Shown here piece after piece: positions 51,201-60,200 of a stretch of 64,000 nucleotides of DNA. Source of the DNA: Mobula hypostoma (Eukaryota); contig NC_086097.1 of NCBI RefSeq assembly GCF_963921235.1, positions 126,358,001 to 126,422,000 of the forward strand, given 5' to 3'. Numbering within the stretch: the first letter of the stretch is position 1; every line of letters starts with the position of its first letter. The position numbers and the translations under genes are program-made. Below the pieces are notes generated by a model. The model saw only the letters and a program-made list of their open reading frames with translations. It searched no databases and had not been told where the DNA came from.

Positions 51201-54200
51201 TTTCCACTTTACATTTATTTAAAAGATTAAAATATAAAGACATATAGCTTTAAAATTTGGCAAAAACAATAAAATATGAAATTTTAAATATCCACTTGAT
51301 TGAAGACAGGAAAAAACTTGGATGGTTCGTATGATTTCCCATTTTCCTCCAATTTGAACCATTCGCAATATGTAAATAACTAAAATGCCTGGTTATTTGA
51401 ACAGGAATTAGTTTATCAAGTTTTCTAGACTGGAGTTGCAGGTTGCAAGATTCTAAAACCTGCCTGCAGATGGAACCAGGTGCAAGTATATTTCATAACT
51501 ATGGATCAATACCTGAGTGTCATGTTGGAATTTACTCCAGGATCTCAAGAAGTTGCCACAATATTAAAAAAAAATGTTACACACAACCACTTAACAAAAT
51601 GGCCTACTAAGGGTAGTTCCCTGAAATTGACCTTCTTTATTAAAAACCATATTCAGAATCCATCCATGTTGATCTATTGTTACTCTCTGCTGAGGAACAT
51701 AGTTTTATAAAATATTCTTCACTATTGTCATTCAGATTTTTCTTGGACTGTTGAGATCAGCAAGCTGCTCTTGACAGAGTAGCTGGAGGCTGCAATTTCT
51801 ACCCTATTCCATAGATATGCATCCTTTGTCCCCTAGCTCAGGAAAGACTAGCTCTACATTATTCCTTGTCTAACAATGACAAAACTGCAACAAGCATTCC
51901 CTGGCATATTCCCAGAGAGAGACATGGAGGCTTCACTGCCCTGTTAAGTTTCTAGTCAGTTGTATTAAAAATAAATATTTCTGTAAGGATATAAGTACAG
52001 CACAGTGTGCACACCCAAAAAAGGTTTGTGGATTTGTGTATCTGGCAGGGAGCCATAATGACTAGAAAATCTTAGGAATGCATGCCTTGTTCCCAAAATA
52101 TGAGGTTTAGTAAAATATTTTTGTAAAATTGCTTTTATGTTTGTAAATATACATGGAAATATCTGATATCCTGAAGTCAACTACATCCTTGTCCTTGTAA
52201 TTTTCTCATTTTCTCATTCGATTTCTTATTTTTTGTGAATGAAGAACATTGGGTATCTGAAAGAAACATCGACCTTAAAGAGCTTTGTGACAGTAGATTT
52301 ACTTTGAAGTGACGACTCTCAAAATCATGGTAATTTTTTAATGTTATGCATGTACTTTATGTATTTTCCTATGTAGATGGAATTAGAAGAATTCATGCAG
52401 AAAGTAGAAAAAGATGAACACTTCAATTTTTTGGATAAATTGATAAAAATATATGGAGATGAGGAAGTAATGGGAAGAATATCAACTACACTTAGGTAAT
52501 GTCAAATTCAGATTCATTTATTTATCATATGTACATTGAAACATACTGTAAAGTGCGCATTTGTGTTAGCAACTGACACAACTAAAGGATGTGCTGAGGG
52601 CAGCCCACATATGTTGCCACACATTCCGGCAGCAACATTGTATACCCATATTGTTCAATAGAACAACATGTGCAACAGCAAAAACAAAACAAGCCCCTTT
52701 CCTCTCTCTCTCTCTCTCACCCACCCACTCACTCACTCACGCACATAGAAAGGCCTCCGACCCCAGAACAGGACATCTTCAGGCCTCACTCCTCCAGTGG
52801 ACTCCTAGCCTCAAATACTTTTTTGATTACAGGCTCCCAATGTGGAAGGAGTGCTTATTTGGAAATCAATAGTTTCTGGCCTGCTGTATTTTGATTTAAA
52901 TGGTATATTAAAGAAAGAAATACTTAATTTTCTTCATGAATTTTAAGTACATGTTCCAAAACATGTTAAAGAATAGCCTAAGATTGCTAGTATTGATGTT
53001 TGCATAGAAACACAACAATCCTTATTACATTCTCTGCCTGCTGGCAAGTGGATGTCAACTGTAAAAATGAGCGATCTAACTTTGCATTAGAAAAGCAGAA
53101 GAACCAGACAGATTTAACTTTTTCAAGAAAAAGATACATCTGAACAATGATTATCCATTCTGGGAGTAACTTACACACACACCATGAGAACAATACCATT
53201 AATATTTAATTGCTTGTCACTGGTCGAATTAGCTATTATTAAATGTCCCTTAAATAAAGTAGATGTCCCCTTGGTGGTGGAAGCTTTTTGGTCTGGTTGC
53301 TGCCGTGATATTTCCAGGTGTATAATGACATAGGGTCGCCATGAGTCAATGACGACACAGCAACACTCAATAGCAACAGCAGTGGCATGTCAACGACAGC
53401 TTGAATTCCTACACAGCATCTTGAACATTACAGGCACACCGTGCTAGTTGTGGAGGGAGTAAGTGTTCTTGGTGGGATGACAATTGGGCAGACAGCTTTG
53501 TGCTGAACGGTGCTAAGCATCTTCAACAAACAAGAGAAAATCTGTAGACACTGGAAATCCAAACCACACACACTAAATGCTGGGGGAGCTCAGCAGGCCA
53601 GGCAGCATTTACGGAAAAGAGTACAGTCAACGTTTTGGGCCGAGATCCTTCATCAGGACTGTAGAAAAAATAATGAGGAGTCAGAATTAGAAGATGGGGG
53701 AGGAGAGGAAGAAACACAAAATGATAGATGAACCCGGGAGTGTGGGGGGGGGGAATAACGGGTGAAGTAAAGAGCTGGGAAGTTGACTGGTGAAAGAGAT
53801 ACAGGACTGGAGAAGGGGGAATCTGATAGGAGAGGACTGAAGACCATGGTAGAAAGAAAAGGGGGAGGAGCACCAGAAGGTAGTGATGGGCAGGTAAGGA
53901 GGTAAGGTGAGAGATGGAAATGGGAATGGGGAATGGGTGAAGGTGGGGGAAGCAGTACTGGAAGTTCGAGAAATCGATGTTCATGCCATCAGGTTGGAGG
54001 CTATCCAGATGGAATATAAGGTGTTGTTCCTCCAACCTGAGTGTAGCCTCATCACGACAGTAGAGGAGAGAATGGACTGACATGTTAGTATGGGAATGGG
54101 AATTGGAATTAAAATGGGTGGCCACAGGGAGATCCCGGTTTTTCTGGCAGACGGAGCATAAGTACTCAGTGAAGTGGTTCCTTCAATCTACATTGGGTCT

Positions 54201-57200
54201 CACTGATATGCAGGAGGCCACAATGGGAGCACTGGATACAGTAGATGACCCCAACAGACTCACAGGTGAAATGTTGCCTCACCTGGAAAGACTTCAGTGC
54301 ACTGAATGGTAGTGAGGAAGGAGGTGCAGGGGCAGCTGTAGCACTTGTTCTGCTTGCAAGGATAAGTGCCAGGAGGGAAATCAGTGGCGAAGGATGAATA
54401 GACAAGGGAGTCACATGGGGAGAGATCCCTGTGAAAGGTGGGGGGGGGGTGAGAAAAAGACGTGCATGGTGATGGGAGATCTGTTAGAGATGGATATTGC
54501 TCATCACCCCCCTCTGATGCTCCTCCCCCATTTCTTTCTTTTAACTCTGACTCCTTGTATTCTTTTCTCCTGTCCTGATGAAGGGTCTCGGCCTGAAACA
54601 TCGACTGTACTCTTTTCATCAATTCTGCCTGTCCCGCTGAGTTCCTCCGGCATTTTGTGTGTTGCTAAGCACCTTGTGTACTTTTGGAGCTGCATTCATC
54701 CAAATGAGTAGAATGTATTTCATCAAGTTCTTGAATTGTGCCTTGCACATGAGTTGTTTTTTGGATCATTTGCTGAAAAAAATTCTGTCATCTGACCTGT
54801 TTTTGTAACCAAAGTACTATGTAGCTAATCCCAAAAAAAAAGTTTCTGATTTGGTGATAATTTAATTGGTTACTATATATAATCGCTACATCAAGAAGGT
54901 AGTAGGAAAAGATTAGACTCAAGATTCAAGATTCAAAAAACTTTATTGTCATTCTAACCGTACATCAGCTCTGCAGGGCAGAATGAGACAGCGTTTCTCA
55001 GGAGCAGTGCAATCATAACGTAACAAACGCAACACTAAATAATAAACATAACAATAAATAGTAAAACACAACAGCCACATGTCAGTTAAAATCAAGTTAT
55101 AAGTGTCCAGTGCAAGTTAAAAGTGTCCAAAGCAGAGTCAGGTAGAGCAGCTATTTAGCAGTCTGACCGCCTGTGGGAGGAAGCTGTTTAGTAGCCTTGT
55201 GGTTTTAGTTTTGATACTCCTGTAACATTTGCCTGATGGCAGAAGAACAAACAGTTCATGGAGAAGATGTGAGTGGTCTTTAATGATGTACCGTGTCTTC
55301 TGGAGGCATCGATTCTGAAAGAGGTCTTGGACAGAAGGTAGGGAGACCCCAATAACCTTCTCTGCTCCCCTAACCACCCTCTGCAAGGCTTTTTTGTCGA
55401 CAGCACTGCAGCTGGAGTACCAGGTTGTGATGCTAAAGGTCAGCACACTCTCAACCACGCCTCTGTAGAATGTAGTTAAGGTGTTAGTGGGGAGTGATGC
55501 TTGTTTAAGCTTCCTCAGAAAGTGCAATCTCTGCTGGGCCCGTTTCACAATCCCAGTGGTGTTCCTGGACCAGGTGAGATTGTCCAAGATCTGCATCCCA
55601 AGGAACTTGATGTTTTCCACTCTCTCTACTGTGGAGCCGCTGATGCTGAGGGGTGTGTGCTCAGGCTGAGACCGTCTGAAATCGACAATCATCTCCTTGG
55701 TTTTGGTGACATTAAGCATCAAGTTGTTATCCCTGCACCAGCTGTTTAGGTGTTTGGCCTCCTCCTTGTACATTGTTTCAACATTTTTGCTGATGTGCCC
55801 CACCACTGTGGTATCATCTGCAAATTTAATGATCAGGTTCTCCTTGAATCTGGCTGCACAGTCATGTGTTAGCAGTGTAAACAGCAATGGGCTAAGCACA
55901 CAGCCTTGTGGGGATCTAGTGCTCAGTGTGATGGAGTCGGAGATGTTCCTACCAACACGGACTGAATGTGGTCTCTCTGTCAAGAAATCCAGAATCCAGC
56001 TACACATGTCCTTTCCTTAGAAATTGCTAGGGTTAACCATAGCCCTCTATTTTTCTAAGCTCCATGTACCTATCCAAAAGTCTCTTAAAAGACCCTATCA
56101 TATCTGCCTCCACTACCATTGCCAGCAGCCCATTCCATGCACTCACCACTCTCTGAGTAAAAAATTTACCCCTGACATCTCCTCTGTACCTACTCCCAAG
56201 CACCTTAAACCTGTGCCGTCTGGTGGCAGCCATTTCAGCCCTGGGAAAAAGCCTCTGACTATCCACATGCTCACATTTTAAACTCACATGCTGATCTTTG
56301 CCGTTATTGAATATGGCCATTCTCATGGAACCTTCTCTTTATGTTAGTTACTTAACTTTAGCTTTGATTTGATCCAGTGGTTGTGGAATTGTTCAACTCT
56401 GTTTGTAATAGGCTACCACTATTATTGTCATGCATGTAGTCAGTGCTAAAGGTTCTGATTCGTTCCTCATTTTTAGGTGTATTTATCTTCTCTTCTGCAT
56501 GAGCTTGAATCCAATGCTAAACTGAAATGTTGTAGCATGAGGATACAGATTGTAGTAGAATACAATTCTATTGCTTCTGCGAATGTGTAGCACTTCATAT
56601 TAACTTTCTGGATCGATTCTGATTTTATTCCAACAGGCATAAAGTTAAATTGCTCACAACCCTGACTCTATTGGCTGGATTTTCTATGTCTATACTTCCA
56701 TGTTCTTAAGATCTTGTAAAGTTTTGAACAACTGGTATAGTTACTACTACCAAAATCCTGACCTAACTTTTACTCCATCTCCCATTTTAGCCCATTCTGA
56801 GTAATAAATATGTTTACAACATCCTTTTGTTTCCAAAAAACTAACATACTTGTTATCAGCTGCAGATTTTACCACTAATGCAGACATAACACTAAATGCC
56901 AACAGCTTTTGAATGCACTGGGAAAAAACTTCCTTGCACTACTTTTACCATTTAAAACTATTTTCTATTTTTTTGACTTCCCTCTCATTCTATCTTTCCC
57001 AATAACTTCCATGACAAAGGCTTTTCTAATGTTCTTTGACATCTTCTAATCTCACTGGAGACATTTCTCTAGCATAGCTGCCCCGTTTGAAAATAGTATT
57101 GGCTCTATTTTGACTATTTTCCCTTTAACTTGATTTATGAATTTCTTTACTTAACTGAAAACTATTATATTGAGCTGTTAATGCTGCAATGCATATCCAC

Positions 57201-60200
57201 AATTACTTAAACCCTTTTTACATATATTATCATTAAACTTTTTGGGAATCTAGGGTGTATTACATTAGGCTTTGATATTTTGTATAACTATAAATGTAGT
57301 CACTGCAATTAAACTTTGATTATGAACTCAAGTTATAAATAAATTAAACCATTGCAATGATAATGCAAACCATTGCCTTTAGGAAAGGGACTTGTTAAAA
57401 TTGTGGACATTGCAATAAGATGTTAAAGATTTTTGACTACCACATTGTACCCTCTTTTCTTGTTGCCAAAGCAAAATCCTTTTCACTATCTAAAGGGAGT
57501 TACATCATCATAATCAAATTACGTAGGTACCCATTAACTTTTTGTTAATCTTAAGCACAAACAGAAAATATTGAAATTGTACAGCAGGTTTGGCAGCACC
57601 TTGGGAAAGAGAAATAAAGTTAAAATTTGAAGTCAGAGAATCTTTGTCAGAAGGATAGAATCTTCAATTTGAACATCTACAGTTTTTTCTATTTCCATGG
57701 ATGCCACTGAGTGTTTCCAGCACTTACTGCTTATGTTTCACATTCCAGTATCTTTTAATTGATATATTGTTCATGCCCATCTCTTTAGAGTTTGGGAACA
57801 CAGGAGGGTGCATCCAGAAAAACTGCCATTCCAAGGATACACCATGAAACTCACAATTTTTATAGACAGCTATTTCCACATGTAATCTTTATATTTCAAA
57901 TATGTACTACCTCTTACCTCCAATAGCGCTGTATTTGATCCCTTATCAATATACTTTCCTTCATTATTGCTTCTGATTGCAAATGGATCTCCAATATTAC
58001 TATTTGCTTAATGAGATTTAATTTAATCCAAGACATGAATACTGTCTTTGGGCTTGTTCTTCTCACTATTCTATCACATACTGGAACAAGTTTACACAAA
58101 TGCTTGCATTTGATATGTAGTTCCCCCATCAGCTTATAAAACATTCTTCAAATTATTTTCTACTAAAACTTAATCTTTCTAAAAAGTTATAAACGATGGA
58201 TGTATTAACCCTCACAAATCTATTTATTCATTAAACCTTCATGTCTTAAAGTCCAAGCTTGATGCTGCTCATATATTTCCAGATTTACTCCATCTTTTAC
58301 TGTTTGAACCTTAACAATGTGCTTGTTCCTGGATCTTGTTCATTCAGATTGGTTTCCTGATTTAAAAAATATTAACTTTGGAATCCAGTCTTTTAATGTT
58401 TGGAGTAATCTGTTTATAGGTAAGTCAATGAATGTAATTGCAATAGTCAGAAATGGACTGTACTAAATTATTAAAAAAATCTACAACAGGAATGGACACA
58501 GCTGGATAGTGGCCCCTTTCATTATGCTATTATAATATTCATGTAAATAGTGCCATTATTTAAATAAATTGTAATGCACTCTGGGAACAGTAATAGCAGG
58601 GTTGCTTAATGTGATACTTTCGTGATTAAAGTAATATATTTCCCAGAAGGGTGCCATTGCCATAAATGTAGATGACTATGCAACACATTTAACAATGCAA
58701 GGAAAATAGCTTTACTGTGTCATATAGAATGTTAAATCCAATTATTAGTTATTATGTAAATATACTGGAATTTTCTTTTCTTTCAGTGAGGAAAGGGTGT
58801 TAGCAATCATGAGAACAGTTTCAAATTTACAGAAAACAGTCGCAATACTCCATGTGCAACAGGATGATAGTTACAGTTATCTAAAGAATAATATGGAAAA
58901 ACTGAGTGATCTTTTAGAAAAGGAATTAAATGCCAAATCAAAGATAGGTACATAAAATACTTAAATCAATGTTTTCATGTTTACTTAATAATTTAAATAT
59001 TCTGTAAAATTTTTGTACTAATATGCAAGGCAAAATATTATTCTGTGAATCTAAATTCTGAGGCATATAAATTATATCACACCTATTTTTGATGTCCTAA
59101 AATGCTGTTACTTGTCAAACTGAATCTGCTGAAAAACTGTGATGTATGTCAAAAGCAAGTGTATAATCATATCCCTGTTGAATAGATTCATAGAATGCAT
59201 GTTCATTACTGTGAGTTTTGTTACATCATCACAACAGGTGAAGCCTAATTTGGAGTAATGAGTACAGTCCTGGTCACCTACCTCCAGGAAAGATAATAGA
59301 GAAAATTTACAAGGATGTTACCAGGACTTGAGGACACAGTTTATATGGAAAGGTTGAATAGGTTCGGACTTTATTGCTTGGAGCATAGGAGAATGAGCAA
59401 GGTTTGATAGAGGTATCCAAAATTATGAAGGTATGAACAGAGTAAATACAAGCAGGCTATTTCCACTGAAGTTGTGTGGTACAAGAACTAGAGGTCATGG
59501 GTTAAGAATGAAGGATGAAACAATCACGAGGAGCATGCTGAGTAACTTCTTCACTCAGAGAGTGGTGAGAGTGTGAAACAGCCAATGGAAGTAGTGGATG
59601 CAGGTTCAATTTCATTATTTAAGAGAAGTTTGGATAAGTACATGGATGGGGAGTGTATGGGCTGCTATGATCCAAATGCAGGTCAATGAGATTATGCAGA
59701 ATAGTAGTTTAGCATGGACTAGATAGGCCAAAGGGCCTGTTTCTGTGCTGTAATGCAATATAACTATGACTCTTAGAGAAAGATGTTCTGGGTGCAACTC
59801 ATGAATACAGCTCTGTTCTGCATTGTCTTTGCAAGATCTTGCTGTTTCATCAGCTCGAGAACAGCATGATTCAAAGCAAGAGAGGCAGTTGGAGCTTGAG
59901 AAGAAAAAGGTACAAGAAGTAAGATTAGAAGGTGAGGAGAAGGAGGTGTGATAATGGAAATCATGAGGACCAAAGTGCCTCATTATAACCTACTGCATCT
60001 CTTCAGAGATTGGCTGTACAAAGAATGAGAGAGGTACTGTTGCTTGGCAGGCATCAGAGGGAGAAACATGAGCACTAAGCAGCCAGTGCTACAATCCCTC
60101 CACTCAACTAGGCAATGAGGATCTGCTTTAGGAGGTGAGACATTGTTTGGTAGCCCTCACACTCTTCCTGTTACTTTTGCTCCCATTAGTTTTTAGATTG

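Larger units (their letters stand above)
53525..54665 (-). mobile_element. Penelope-like retroelement (GIY-YIG endonuclease, 3' pLTR, inverted pLTR at the truncated 5' end)
   Basis: [30 protein letters not shown] (GIY-YIG with CxxC) and ATHFNS...[10 protein letters not shown]...PDGMN. pLTR on the minus strand at 53525-53700 and on the plus strand at 54505-54665. Confidence 0.9.

Noticed and set aside
52467..52472. Alternative donor GAA|gtaatg inside exon K
   Set aside because: It gives phase 0, incompatible with exon L (phase 2). The donor after 52495 keeps the frame.
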